Shown here: one piece after another, positions 1 to 10,007 of the stretch
Layout of the letters: each line of letters begins with the position of its first letter
Position numbering within the stretch: the first letter of the stretch is position 1
DNA from: an uncultured Verrucomicrobiota bacterium
GTDB taxonomy: Bacteria; Verrucomicrobiota; Verrucomicrobiia; Opitutales; UBA9783
Length of the DNA stretch: 64,000 nucleotides
Reading direction: 5' to 3'
NCBI GenBank assembly: GCA_902495005.1
Contig: CABUVL010000001.1
Span: 23,370-87,369, forward strand
Position numbers and translations under genes: made by a program
The notes under the pieces: generated by a model
What the model was told of the DNA's origin: nothing
What the model saw: the letters and a program-made list of their open reading frames with translations, nothing else
The model's database searches: none

Positions 1-670
1 GATCCTCATACGTTTGCCTCAATTGAGCAATTTCTCCCATATCAATGGGTTTATTGTCCTTTAAATTTTGTAGCATAGTTATCATCTTCTTTCTCAAATC
101 TTTATTGGGAGTTATAAGCCCCTCTAAGTGCTGAGATAAACTAGAGGAGCGCGTTTTTAATGTAGGGTTGCCATATATGCACTCCTTAAGAACAATGCTA
201 TCATTTAGCGCTTGCAAAAAATTTCTTGCTACCAATGGTTGCCATTCTATTTCATCCGACGTATTTTCTTCCTTATCTCGAAAGAATTGATTGTCACAAA
301 AATTTTTCAGATGCTTTTTACTGTTCGAAATTTTATTTTCTTCAATAGAATGCTCTAAATTTTTCCCAGATATTGTTACACGAGAATAAAGTGTATAAAA
401 TAAACTAGCAGTGTAATTACTAAAATTATCTGTAAAAGGATACTTATTAAAACTTTTATATAAATTACCAAAGGTTTCAAATATTGTTATTAACTGTGTA
501 ATGCTTAGGTCAGAGCAACTATTGGTCAAAAAGTTTTTGTTAAGATCTTCTTTCTGAGGCAATTCGTAGCAATTCACTGCAACATTAAAAGGATAATAAC
601 AACATACCTCTTCAATCTCAAACTTAAATAAAAATGCAAAGTAACATGTAGGGTAATCCCCTCCATACAT
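1..670 (-). CDS. hypothetical Cys-rich protein, C-terminal end beyond the left window edge
   Basis: My own translation of the minus strand shows one frame open from 781 down to base 1 (..THQMYGGDYPTCYFAFLFKFEIEEVCCYYPFNVAVNCYELPQKEDL..EWQPLVARNFLQALNDSIVLKECIYGNPTLKT..GEIAQLRQTYED). It is absent from the ORF track because no stop lies in the window. The first ATG is at 670-668. No family recognised. Confidence 0.5.
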   Translation of the reverse strand, partial: MYGGDYPTCYFAFLFKFEIEEVCCYYPFNVAVNCYELPQKEDLNKNFLTNSCSDLSITQLITIFETFGNLYKSFNKYPFTDNFSNYTASLFYTLYSRVTISGKNLEHSIEENKISNSKKHLKNFCDNQFFRDKEENTSDEIEWQPLVARNFLQALNDSIVLKECIYGNPTLKTRSSSLSQHLEGLITPNKDLRKKMITMLQNLKDNKPIDMGEIAQLRQTYED

Positions 671-872
671 TTGATGGGTTACAACACCTGCAAGACGTTG
701 ATGTATCGTACTGACATTTGGATTTAATTTTTCAGAATTTGTTATCGTCTTTGTAAGAGGGAATGAACAACCAATACTAACTCACAAGCTATGAATGTAG
801 TAAAAACTATAAAAAGGAAACAACTTTTTCTTGACATAAGGACTATGTCTTAAATAAAGTAAAATTGGGGCA

Positions 873-1406
873 ATGGAAGTCAATATGAAAATATTTCTAA
901 AGAAAGTTTTCGAACTGAGCTTAATACTTGGTTCCTTCGTATGCATGGCTCGCATAACAAATGCACAATCTAAGATAGTTGCTCAGGCACAAGAGATAAT
1001 CGACAAGCACGAAATGTTAAGTTGGATAAATCTCAAAGGCATTCAAAATAATTTATGTGAAAATTTTTCTGAAGCAGCCAATCAAGTTCGCGACATCTAT
1101 GGGAAAATTGGGAACATGAGGTGGCTTGGTCTTGATAAACAATATATAAGGACATTACGGTACGCCCTTCTAATTACTGCATGGGACATCTTAAAAAAAC
1201 AAACAAATGAGAATAAGCCCACAGCAGTAAATGAGCTAGAACGTACATTATATTATTTGGGTGCCATTATTGTAGAAAATTATGGCCCATTAAATGAAGA
1301 AGAATGTAACGAAGAAGAAGAGATCAAAGAGGAAGTGGATGGCTGGCGATTGATAGATTTGGTAAAAGAACCTGTATCAAATCCCGAAGACTCTGATAAT
1401 AAGTAA
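873..1406 (+). CDS. hypothetical secreted protein with acidic C-terminal tail
   Basis: 177-aa ORF with a signal-peptide-like N-terminus (MKIFLKKVFELSLILGSFVCMARITNA/QS) and a Glu-rich tail (NEEECNEEEEIKEEVD). A strong terminator hairpin follows. AT-rich compared with the core genes. No family recognised. Confidence 0.6.
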   Translation: MEVNMKIFLKKVFELSLILGSFVCMARITNAQSKIVAQAQEIIDKHEMLSWINLKGIQNNLCENFSEAANQVRDIYGKIGNMRWLGLDKQYIRTLRYALLITAWDILKKQTNENKPTAVNELERTLYYLGAIIVENYGPLNEEECNEEEEIKEEVDGWRLIDLVKEPVSNPEDSDNK

Positions 1407-1441
1407 ATAGTAATCCTATTGTCATAAGCGTCAATTTTCTC

Positions 1442-1478
1442 AATAAGCCAAGTTATATAACTTGGCTTATTTTATTTG
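1442..1478 (+). terminator. rho-independent terminator after the 873-1406 gene
   Basis: Perfect inverted repeat AATAAGCCAAGTT/AACTTGGCTTATT (1442-1471), followed by TTTATTTG. Confidence 0.75.
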
Positions 1479-1752
1479 TTGAGAGAACAAATCGCTTAGA
1501 GGCGTTTTACCCGTGTACATTTTGAAGAAGGGGTGAGAGCCCAGGTAAAAGAGGCACGAACATCATGCAGGATCCCCTGTAATATTTTGGCGAGGAGAAG
1601 AATGACACAAAAAATTCACTAATTTTTAATGCAATAGAGATTATGTCGGCAAGTTCATGCCAATTGGACGATTGCTCAAAAAATTACTTATCCAGCCATT
1701 ACAAATTTACTGGTGCAACAAACGCTATTTACCAAGATTGAGACGGCTATCC

Positions 1753-2271
1753 TCAATGGCCGTGTTGTCGCCGCATTTTAAAAAAAGTCGTCAACAGTCT
1801 TTCACAAGCCCCGTTAAGGTCATTCAAGCTCACATCCACGTGGTGGTAGAGCCCCAAGGCATTAAAATGCAGGCATCCGCCTAGACATCCCTGACGACGG
1901 TCATAGGCCCCAAGTACAACTCGTGGGATTCGAGCCTTAAAAATGGCCCCACTGCACATCGGACAAGGCTCTTTCGTCACATAGATGGTGACATCCGTAA
2001 GACGCCAATCCCCCCTTTGCCGGGCCAAACGCCTAATAAGTTGGATTTCTGCGTGCGCACAAGGATCACGTTGACGCTCAACCTGATTATAAGCTCGACC
2101 CACAATACGATTGTTCACGACAGCCACCGCCCCAATGGGGATTTCACCGAGCCACCACGCTCTTATAGCCTCATTGTAGGCGCATTGCATGTAATAAATC
2201 GGCCGATCTTCCAAGGCAGACGGCACAGATTCAGCAAAAGGGGCAAAGGGGCAAAATGGAGTAAAAACCAT
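1753..2271 (-). CDS. tadA: tRNA-specific adenosine deaminase TadA
   Basis: CMP/dCMP deaminase zinc motifs HAEIQLI and PCPMCSGAI, and a TadA-like N-terminal core (EIPIGAVAVVNNRIVGRAYN). The start may instead be the internal Met at 2190. Confidence 0.9.
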   Translation of the reverse strand: MVFTPFCPFAPFAESVPSALEDRPIYYMQCAYNEAIRAWWLGEIPIGAVAVVNNRIVGRAYNQVERQRDPCAHAEIQLIRRLARQRGDWRLTDVTIYVTKEPCPMCSGAIFKARIPRVVLGAYDRRQGCLGGCLHFNALGLYHHVDVSLNDLNGACERLLTTFFKMRRQHGH

Positions 2272-2345
2272 TATTTATATTGTCTTACGGCACAAATGTT
2301 ATTACAATTTGCAGAAAAGGGAAGTATTTAATAAGTTGTAATAAT

Positions 2346-4664
2346 ATGCTTAGACGTTGGCTAAAAATTCTTATTCCGTTTTTCATTTTGCCCCTGTTGT
2401 GGCAGTATGCCATGCATTACAAATGGGCGCAAAATTTGGAAAATCTTACCCTAAATTTTAGATATTGGTTAAGGGGAAATCTTGACGAAGCAACGATTGA
2501 GCAAAAAACAAATAAGAAATTACCCCATATTATTTATGTTAATGCAGACAACGCGTCTATTAATTTCATGGGCGAGGCGCCTATCCCATTAAGCTTTTAC
2601 GCCAAAGCCATCTTTGCCTTAACCAACCTAGCCAAACCCAAAGTATTAATTTCAGACATTTCTTTTTTCGAAAAACAATATTCCAGCTTAGTCGACCTCA
2701 ATCGTGTACAACATGACGAAAATGTATGTCGTCACTACTTTGAACGAAGTCCAAATGTCATACTGGGAGCTTGGTACAATACCTACGGCGACGCTCAAAA
2801 AATATTCTTTCAAAATGAACACCCCTTGCCGTTACTTTACCTGGGATTTAACAATTTTTCTCTGATAAAAAATCCCATCTACCCTTCCATAAACATAACG
2901 GGAAAAAATCCTCACGTGGGGATTGTCAATTGTGATATTTCTGCCGACGAAGGGCAAACGACACGATGGGTTCCGCTTTATACACGGACCAAGGATCACA
3001 TTTATTACGCCTTGGGGCTCGAGGCCCTCATACATACGTTGGATGTGCAACACGATCTTATCGACATCTACGGCGATGATTCAGAAGATGAAAAATACGA
3101 AAATAAATTTATAATTATTTTCTTAAGATCTGATGGCCAAATCATTAAAAAAATTCCACTCTATAAACGGCAACTCATGGAAATCAACTGGTTTTCATCT
3201 TGGTCTAGCACAAAGGACACAAAAGTTAGTCTCATGAATGTGCTAAAAAATTACGATATTCTGCAATCATCCAACGCTTCAAAGGAAGAAAAAGCAGGCG
3301 CTGCAGACTTTTTTGCCCAATTCAACGATGCCGTCATTTGCCTAGGAGACAGCTATGAATCCTCCAGTTCATTGATCAAAACTCCCGTCGATACGCAGGC
3401 TGTCCCTTCCATCACAGCACACGCGAATTTGCTTAAGACGATGGCCTCAGAGTGTTACATTACTCGACTCTCTTGGGGCACGGAATTCATGATCGTCTTC
3501 TTATTAAATTTCTTTGTCGCCAGCTTAACGTTGTACAGCGACTTTTTTAGACGGCTGGGGAATCTTCTCGTCTGTTTGGTTGTATTCTATTTTGTGCTAA
3601 CACTTTACTTATTCGGTGTATTTAACCCGACGATCCACTTGGCACTTCCCGTCGTTGCACCTTTAGGCTGCATATTGACCTTCCTCATCTTCGGGACCCT
3701 GTATCAGATGGTTATTGAGAGGAAGCAACGCCTGCGTATTAAGCACATTTTCGGGACGTATCTGTCTCCAGAAATTGTCACAGACATGCTTGAAAATCAA
3801 AAAGATCCACAATTAGGAGGCGTTGAAAAAAATATCACGGCATTCTTCAGTGACATTCAAAACTTTTCAACTTTTTCCGAGCTCTTGCCCCCTAAGACAT
3901 TAGTTCGATTAATGAACGAATACTTAACGGCCGTCACAAAAATCATAAAAGAAGAAGGAGGAACTTTAGACAAATACATTGGGGATGCCGTTGTCGCCAT
4001 GTTTGGAGCTCCCTATGATTTAAATAATCACCCCTTGCAGGCTTGTATTGCCGCCTGTCGTATTCAAGAAAAGCAAGAGTGGTTAAGGAATAAATGGCGT
4101 GAAGACCGAGACATCACGTGGCCACGAGAAATTCTAAGTATGCGCACTCGCATTGGGCTTAACAGTGGGCTCGCGACGGTTGGAAACATGGGATCGAGCA
4201 CACGCTTCAATTTTACGATGATGGGTGATACGGTCAATGTAGCGGCACGCTGTGAATCAGGTGCCAAAACATTTGGCGTTTACACACTTGTTGCAGAAGA
4301 CACCTATAAAACCATCGTCACCGATAGTGACCTCATTGTATTTCGTTTTATCGATCGCATTGTCGTCAAGGGACGCCAACATCCCCTCGGTGTATACGAA
4401 CTTGTCGGCATGAAACAACAGCTGAAAAGCAGCACATTTGAATGCATTGATGTTTTCGAAAAAGGCATTCAAAAATATCTGCAACAGGATTGGATAGGCG
4501 CCATAAAACTCTTCGAAGCGTCGTCCTTATTGGAACCCTTACAGCCGGGACGCGACCCTGGTGTATTTCTCAATCCATCCATGTTGTACAAACAACGATG
4601 TGCGTACATGCAGATGAATCCGCCTAAAAACTGGGATGGTGTATTCGTAATGCACACCAAGTAA
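2346..4664 (+). CDS. membrane-bound class III adenylate/guanylate cyclase with CHASE2-like extracytoplasmic sensor domain
   Basis: The architecture is an N-terminal TM (MLRRWLKILIPFFILPLLW), a ~360-aa extracytoplasmic region, three TM helices, then a cyclase domain (ITAFFSDIQNFSTFSE, GGTLDKYIGDAVVAMFGAP, RIGLNSGLATVGNMGS, MGDTVNVAARCES). The ORF track starts at TTG 2280; ATG 2346 precedes the first TM. Confidence 0.85.
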   Translation: MLRRWLKILIPFFILPLLWQYAMHYKWAQNLENLTLNFRYWLRGNLDEATIEQKTNKKLPHIIYVNADNASINFMGEAPIPLSFYAKAIFALTNLAKPKVLISDISFFEKQYSSLVDLNRVQHDENVCRHYFERSPNVILGAWYNTYGDAQKIFFQNEHPLPLLYLGFNNFSLIKNPIYPSINITGKNPHVGIVNCDISADEGQTTRWVPLYTRTKDHIYYALGLEALIHTLDVQHDLIDIYGDDSEDEKYENKFIIIFLRSDGQIIKKIPLYKRQLMEINWFSSWSSTKDTKVSLMNVLKNYDILQSSNASKEEKAGAADFFAQFNDAVICLGDSYESSSSLIKTPVDTQAVPSITAHANLLKTMASECYITRLSWGTEFMIVFLLNFFVASLTLYSDFFRRLGNLLVCLVVFYFVLTLYLFGVFNPTIHLALPVVAPLGCILTFLIFGTLYQMVIERKQRLRIKHIFGTYLSPEIVTDMLENQKDPQLGGVEKNITAFFSDIQNFSTFSELLPPKTLVRLMNEYLTAVTKIIKEEGGTLDKYIGDAVVAMFGAPYDLNNHPLQACIAACRIQEKQEWLRNKWREDRDITWPREILSMRTRIGLNSGLATVGNMGSSTRFNFTMMGDTVNVAARCESGAKTFGVYTLVAEDTYKTIVTDSDLIVFRFIDRIVVKGRQHPLGVYELVGMKQQLKSSTFECIDVFEKGIQKYLQQDWIGAIKLFEASSLLEPLQPGRDPGVFLNPSMLYKQRCAYMQMNPPKNWDGVFVMHTK

Positions 4665-4665
4665 T

Positions 4666-6750
4666 ATGGCAAATGAAACATTATTTCAACGCTTCGTAAA
4701 GCAAACGGATCTCGTTTTTACCTTTGCCCTGTTTGGCATTATCTTGTTACTGATCTTGCCAATTCCTTCCGGGCTCATGGATTTGCTACTTGCGTTAAAT
4801 ATTGGCATCTCACTTCTAATTTTACTCATTATCATTTACTTAAAGGATCCGTCCGAATTCACGATTTTCCCGACCCTACTATTAACGGTCACTTTATTCC
4901 GCCTGGGTCTCAACATCGCTTCCACCCGACTGATTTTACTCGAGGGCTACGCGGGCAACGTCATTGACTCCTTTGGAAATTTCGTTGTACGAGGAAATTA
5001 CGTCGTAGGCGGCGTTGTCTTCCTTATCCTGATTGTTGTAAACTTCGTAGTTATCACCAAAGGTGCCGGCCGTATCGCAGAGGTCGCTGCCCGATTTACC
5101 TTAGACGCCATGCCGGGGAAGCAGATGGCCATTGACGCAGAATTGAATTCCGGGCTTATTGACGAAGCCAAGGCAACGCAACGACGGCAAAAAATTCAAA
5201 AAGAAGCGGACTTCTACGGCGCAATGGATGGAGCCAGTAAATTCGTCCGCGGGGATGCCATCGCCGGCCTGCTCATTACTTTTATCAATGTTGTGGGTGG
5301 AATTACCATCGGGATTCTGCAAAAACATATCCCGCTCATGCAGGCACTTCAACAGTACACCTTGCTCTCCATTGGCGACGGTATTGTTTCGCAAGTACCG
5401 GCACTGATCGTATCGGTCGGCGCGGGCATGTTGATCACCAGGACCGGCGAATCCTCCAATTTAAGCGAACACCTTGAAAAACAATTACTATTTTCAACCA
5501 AAGCCATATACATTGTATCGGTCATGATGGCCCTATTCGCAATAATGCCGGGAATGCCATTTATACCGTTTATCAGCTTATCCATTGCACTCATTCTACT
5601 GGCCCACAACTTAAAACTTTCGCATGGGACCGAACCGTCTGCTTTTGAACAAGCCTTAGACAGTAAATCACTTGAGGCAAAGCCCACCGAAAACAACACC
5701 ACCGATGCCAACGAGATTTTATTTGATTACGACATCCTTAGCATTGAACTTGGCCACAGCTTAATTCCGTTCATGGAAAAATCTTTAGATAACGATTTAC
5801 CGAGCCGCGTCTCAGAAATACGGAAAAAGTTATCGCACGAACTCGGATTTTTCATCCCAAGCATCACGATTAAGGATAACTTTACACTCGAGGGGACAGA
5901 ATATCGTTTTTTACTCCGTGACAAGGTGTTGGCCTCATCGACGCTTGAACCCACCCAATGGTTGGCCATGAGTGGCTCCGATGCGAGTGAATTGCCAAGC
6001 TTAAAAGGAAAGGCCACTAAAGAACCCGTCTTCGGGTTGCCGGCCTGGTGGATTGATGCCACAGAAAAAGAACGTGCTGAAAGCGCTGGGTACGTCATTG
6101 TCAACGCCATATCAATTCTCATCACGCACCTTTCGGAAGTTCTTAAAAAAAATGCATATCTACTCCTCGGCCGGGAAGATACACAAAAATTAATCGACAA
6201 CGTAAAAAATAAGAATCCAACCCTCGTGAGTGAATTGTTCCCCGATCTCGTCAACGTTGGACTGGTTCAACGTGTTTTGCAGAACCTTCTAAAGGAGGGC
6301 ATTAGCTTAAAAAATTTGCCTCTGATTTTAGAGGCCATTGGGGATTGTGCGAGCGTCACCAAGCATCCCGATGATCTATCGGAGCAAGCTCGTCGGCGCT
6401 TGGGCATGTATTTTGTTGAAGATTTTGTGCAAGATCACTTCTTATCGGCCATCATCCTGGATCCCGAATTGGAACACAAACTCATCAGTCAGGTCAAACG
6501 CACTCAGTTTGAAATAGGGCTCATGATGGAACCCTCCATGACACAAGAGATCCTCCGCCAATTAACACCGCTCGTCAAGCACATGACCGAACAGTCGATG
6601 GACCCCATCGTGTTAACTTCAGCCGAATTGCGATTGGCATTTAAGCGCTTCTTTGAACCCACTCTGCCCAACTTAACAGTCCTTTCTTACCAAGAGCTAC
6701 CCAACGACATTCAAATTAAAAACTACGGCTTGATCTCAGGCGGAGCATAA
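4666..6750 (+). CDS. flhA: type III export-gate protein FlhA/SctV family (flagellar-type by motif recall)
   Basis: 694 aa with FHIPEP-family motifs: ITKGAGRIAEVAARFTLDAMPGKQMAIDAELNSGLI, EADFYGAMDGASKFVRGDAIAG, LSIGDGIVSQVPALIVS. It has a large cytoplasmic C-terminal domain. Its ATG lies 1 nt after the cyclase stop. Confidence 0.9.
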   Translation: MANETLFQRFVKQTDLVFTFALFGIILLLILPIPSGLMDLLLALNIGISLLILLIIIYLKDPSEFTIFPTLLLTVTLFRLGLNIASTRLILLEGYAGNVIDSFGNFVVRGNYVVGGVVFLILIVVNFVVITKGAGRIAEVAARFTLDAMPGKQMAIDAELNSGLIDEAKATQRRQKIQKEADFYGAMDGASKFVRGDAIAGLLITFINVVGGITIGILQKHIPLMQALQQYTLLSIGDGIVSQVPALIVSVGAGMLITRTGESSNLSEHLEKQLLFSTKAIYIVSVMMALFAIMPGMPFIPFISLSIALILLAHNLKLSHGTEPSAFEQALDSKSLEAKPTENNTTDANEILFDYDILSIELGHSLIPFMEKSLDNDLPSRVSEIRKKLSHELGFFIPSITIKDNFTLEGTEYRFLLRDKVLASSTLEPTQWLAMSGSDASELPSLKGKATKEPVFGLPAWWIDATEKERAESAGYVIVNAISILITHLSEVLKKNAYLLLGREDTQKLIDNVKNKNPTLVSELFPDLVNVGLVQRVLQNLLKEGISLKNLPLILEAIGDCASVTKHPDDLSEQARRRLGMYFVEDFVQDHFLSAIILDPELEHKLISQVKRTQFEIGLMMEPSMTQEILRQLTPLVKHMTEQSMDPIVLTSAELRLAFKRFFEPTLPNLTVLSYQELPNDIQIKNYGLISGGA

Positions 6751-7194
6751 GCGCCACCAGGGCCAAAAGTTCATTCTAAATGCGAGAAAGTGCCATTTAA
6801 AAATAAATTGATTATCAATAAAATAATAAAAACTTAATCTTGCAGCCACATAGAGCTTGTTAGACTATTGTTGCGAGGGACAAGTCACACGTGCCATGCA
6901 ATCGGGAACTCGTAAAAACAACGGGGATTAAACCTGATCTTGCTTTTATTGACCCGGTATTAAGAACTCGGATAAATAAAAACTCCATTGATCCCCCAGG
7001 AAATTACCCATACTTAGGCAACCAATGAGCTCATTCACAAACAATATTCAAATTTGATCGTTCCACAGGCCAAAGGCCGCCTAAAAATCAATCAATTGAT
7101 GATGAACAATGAAGTATCGTTTTCTCTTACACATTCGTTAAAAACAAATCTAATGGCTTGTGTTTTTGTAACGATCCGGTAGCATTTATGAGCT

Positions 7195-8214
7195 ATGGAA
7201 AGTATCAGCATTACTCTGCTCATTATAGCTGCTTTATTACTAGTATTATTGGCCATCATTTTCTCATTTTTCAATGTTTGGTTACGGGCGCTGTTGGCGG
7301 GCGCTTACGTCAGCATTCCCAATTTAATTGCCATGAGGCTGCGTAAGGTCCCCTATGGGTTAATCGTGGATTGCAGAATCACTGCGGCCAAGGCGGGCAT
7401 CGATCTAAGCACGGACGAATTGGAAGCTCACTACCTGGCGGAAGGAAACTTACTGCAAACGGTGCAAGCGCTCATAGCCGCTGAAAAAGCGGGAATTGAG
7501 TTGACCTTTGCCCGTGCCTGCGCCATCGATCTTGCCACGAAAGGAACGGGGAAAACCGTCATTGAAGCGGTTCACACGTCGGTCAACCCTAAAGTCATCG
7601 ATTGCCCCAAGTCCGTACAAGAAAAATCAACCATCGACGGCGTGGCAAAAGATGGCATTCAAGTCAAAGTACGGGCACGCGTCACGGTTCGCAGCAACTT
7701 AGATCGTTTTGTAGGGGGTGCACAAGAAGACACCATTATCGCCCGTGTGGGCGAAGGTATTGTGGCCACCATCGGAGCCGCCGAAACGTACAAGCAGGTC
7801 CTAGAAAATCCAGATCAAATTTCAAAAGTTGTGCTCAATCGCGGCTTGGATGTGGGAACCGCGTACGAAATTTTGTCCATCGACATTGCCGACATCGACA
7901 TTGGAGATAACGTAGGGGCCAAGTTACAGGTTTCCCAAGCGGATGCCAACAAGAATATGGCCCAAGCTCAAGCCGAAATTCGTCGTGCCAGCGCTGTCGC
8001 CCTCGAACAAGAAATGAAAGCACGCGTTGAGGAAATGCACGCCAAAGTTGTGGAGGCTCAAGCCGCAATCCCGCTCGCCTTGTCCGAAGCGTTACGAAAG
8101 GGCCACATGGGCGTCATGGATTATTATCGCCTGGAAAACGTAAAGGCCGATACGACCATGCGTGAGCGCTTGGCGAAAGATGCCGATATCAACGGAGAAC
8201 CTCACAACGCGTAA
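7195..8214 (+). CDS. floA: flotillin-like protein FloA (UPF0365/YqfA family)
   Basis: N-terminal TM, then the pattern I recall for YqfA: [91 protein letters not shown]. Confidence 0.85.
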   Translation: MESISITLLIIAALLLVLLAIIFSFFNVWLRALLAGAYVSIPNLIAMRLRKVPYGLIVDCRITAAKAGIDLSTDELEAHYLAEGNLLQTVQALIAAEKAGIELTFARACAIDLATKGTGKTVIEAVHTSVNPKVIDCPKSVQEKSTIDGVAKDGIQVKVRARVTVRSNLDRFVGGAQEDTIIARVGEGIVATIGAAETYKQVLENPDQISKVVLNRGLDVGTAYEILSIDIADIDIGDNVGAKLQVSQADANKNMAQAQAEIRRASAVALEQEMKARVEEMHAKVVEAQAAIPLALSEALRKGHMGVMDYYRLENVKADTTMRERLAKDADINGEPHNA

Positions 8215-8615
8215 TGGACTTCGAAGACCTCATTTACGTCATCATCTTTTTAGCGATCAGCCTCATATCGACTCCAAAGAAAAAATCCAAACCCGTGCCG
8301 GATTCGTCCGGCATTGATCCGGTCGAAGAGGCACGCAAAAAAATCGCCGCCTTGAAACGTAAGCACCAGGAGCAAACGCACGCCTCTGCCAAGCCCACAA
8401 TTAAGCTTAAACAAGCGCCTCAATTTTCAGCCAGTAAGCCCGTACCGGCTCCGACAAACTTCGTCGCGAGCACTTCCACGGTACACGACAGACCAAAAGT
8501 CTGCATGCCGGCTAAACCATCCGTGCAATCCTCTCGTACGGCCAGAAAAAGCCCCTTACGTCAATGGATCGTCGGCCAAATCGTCCTGGAACGTAAATTT
8601 AATCAACATTTTTAG
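8214..8615 (+). CDS. hypothetical membrane-anchored Lys/Pro-rich protein, translationally coupled to floA
   Basis: The start overlaps the floA stop (TAATG). One N-terminal TM (LIYVIIFLAISLIS) is followed by a low-complexity basic region. Confidence 0.55.
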   Translation: MDFEDLIYVIIFLAISLISTPKKKSKPVPDSSGIDPVEEARKKIAALKRKHQEQTHASAKPTIKLKQAPQFSASKPVPAPTNFVASTSTVHDRPKVCMPAKPSVQSSRTARKSPLRQWIVGQIVLERKFNQHF

Positions 8616-8992
8616 TCCCTTTTCACCACGAAGGGACGTTAATAAAGGTAGACCAAATTATCCCACGCTTAAACGCGTAAATGATAAATAATGTCATCTA
8701 CGCTGCCACATTAAACATTGTATATTTAAGTGAAACATGCAGACCCATAAAAAACGTTCGCACATAGGTTGTTCGTTATCAACAAAATTGACGTTAAAAA
8801 ATATATACCTTCTTTCAAAATGCCCAATCATTCATTGCACACGGCCTGAAGGTACCCATAAGCCCGGCAACCAGTTCCTTAAGATAACTTTTCTTTTTCT
8901 GATACTTTGCCTCCACAAGTATTCTTCTGAGATTCCATCACAATACGTACCTTCGACGTTCAATTACAACCTATTACAAACTCTTACGGGAC

Positions 8993-9835
8993 TCAATGAT
9001 AATCCACGTTACCTCCCTGGCATTTCGGACAATAACAGCTGCTTCGGCCACCAATCGTTATTTTTTCAATTATCGTCTGACAATAAACGCAGTGCTGCCC
9101 TGACCGAGCATAAATTTTCAAATACGGTGTGTTACGATACTTTTTACCCTTTCCTCGTAAGTATTCTTCTGCTGTCATGCCGTTGACATCGATTGCCCAT
9201 AGGATAATTTCGGGAATTCGCTCTGCTAACCTGCACCAATCGGAATCCTTGAGAATATCACATGGCGTCCCTGGATAAATTGCAGCCGCAAACAGGATTT
9301 CATCAGAATAAATGTTACCGATACCTGCTACAACCGACTGATCGAGAAGCATCTCTTTTATCGACCTTTTCCTTTTTCCAAGTTGCGATTTCAAATATTC
9401 TGCGCTTAATGCAGGGTCTATCGGTTCTAATCCCAGTTTCGTTTGTCCACTAAGTGTGTCTTTCTCATGAACTTTGAAATACCAAAATCGTCCAAAGCGA
9501 CGTACATCAACATAGCGAAGCTGACAACCATCTGACAATGAAAGTACCAGATGAGTGTGTTTCTCTATCGGTTCATTCTTTGTCATAACAAGTAATTGTC
9601 CCGTCATGCGTAGATGAATGGAAAGACAATCCCCACTTTTAAAGTGGATGTTGAGGAACTTCCCTCGTCTACTCATGCCAGTAATCGTCTGGCATTTCAG
9701 ACCTTCCGCAAATATGTTAACAACAGGGTAAGCAATAACCTGAGCATTATCTATTTCGACGGTTTCAATCGTTTTTCCTACAAGCTGTGGAGCAATGATT
9801 CGTCGAATTGTTTCAACCTCCGGCAATTCAGGCAT
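8993..9835 (-). CDS. mutM: formamidopyrimidine-DNA glycosylase (Fpg/MutM)
   Basis: Begins with the hallmark MPELPEVETIRR and ends with the zinc finger CVYCQ..CYCPKCQ. Confidence 0.92.
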   Translation of the reverse strand: MPELPEVETIRRIIAPQLVGKTIETVEIDNAQVIAYPVVNIFAEGLKCQTITGMSRRGKFLNIHFKSGDCLSIHLRMTGQLLVMTKNEPIEKHTHLVLSLSDGCQLRYVDVRRFGRFWYFKVHEKDTLSGQTKLGLEPIDPALSAEYLKSQLGKRKRSIKEMLLDQSVVAGIGNIYSDEILFAAAIYPGTPCDILKDSDWCRLAERIPEIILWAIDVNGMTAEEYLRGKGKKYRNTPYLKIYARSGQHCVYCQTIIEKITIGGRSSCYCPKCQGGNVDYH

Positions 9836-10007
9836 TTTTACCGATTCCTTTCTCTGCTGATTTTCTTATTCCCCCATGATAAAAGAAATTCACGACGGTG
9901 GATACATTACTTTTCATCCTATCATTATCACGCACACCTTGTAAACACGAGTTTCAGCTGATTAATGTCCAACGCGAGGCGCCCAAATCATCCATTTCTC
10001 TACCTTT

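Noticed and set aside
1479-1752. Possible SRP (4.5S/scRNA) gene downstream of tadA, because scr follows tadA in Bacillus.
   Set aside because: I read both strands and found no GGAA-tetraloop helix-8 motif (..CAGGUCCGGAAGGAAGCAGCC..-like) and no convincing long hairpin.
5101-6254. Several 80-175-aa ORFs, antisense or in alternative frames, inside flhA.
   Set aside because: They are nested in a strongly supported 694-aa FlhA frame, with no independent motifs.
6751-7194. 445-bp gene-free gap between flhA and floA, examined for tmRNA, 6S RNA, a riboswitch or repeats.
   Set aside because: I could recognise no conserved RNA motif, no strong hairpin beyond a 4-bp GGCC palindrome, and no repeat. 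It is probably a promoter/UTR region, left uncalled.
8737-9186. 149-aa plus-strand ORF.
   Set aside because: Its 3' part overlaps the well-supported mutM gene on the opposite strand. The remainder is low-complexity, with no signal or motif.
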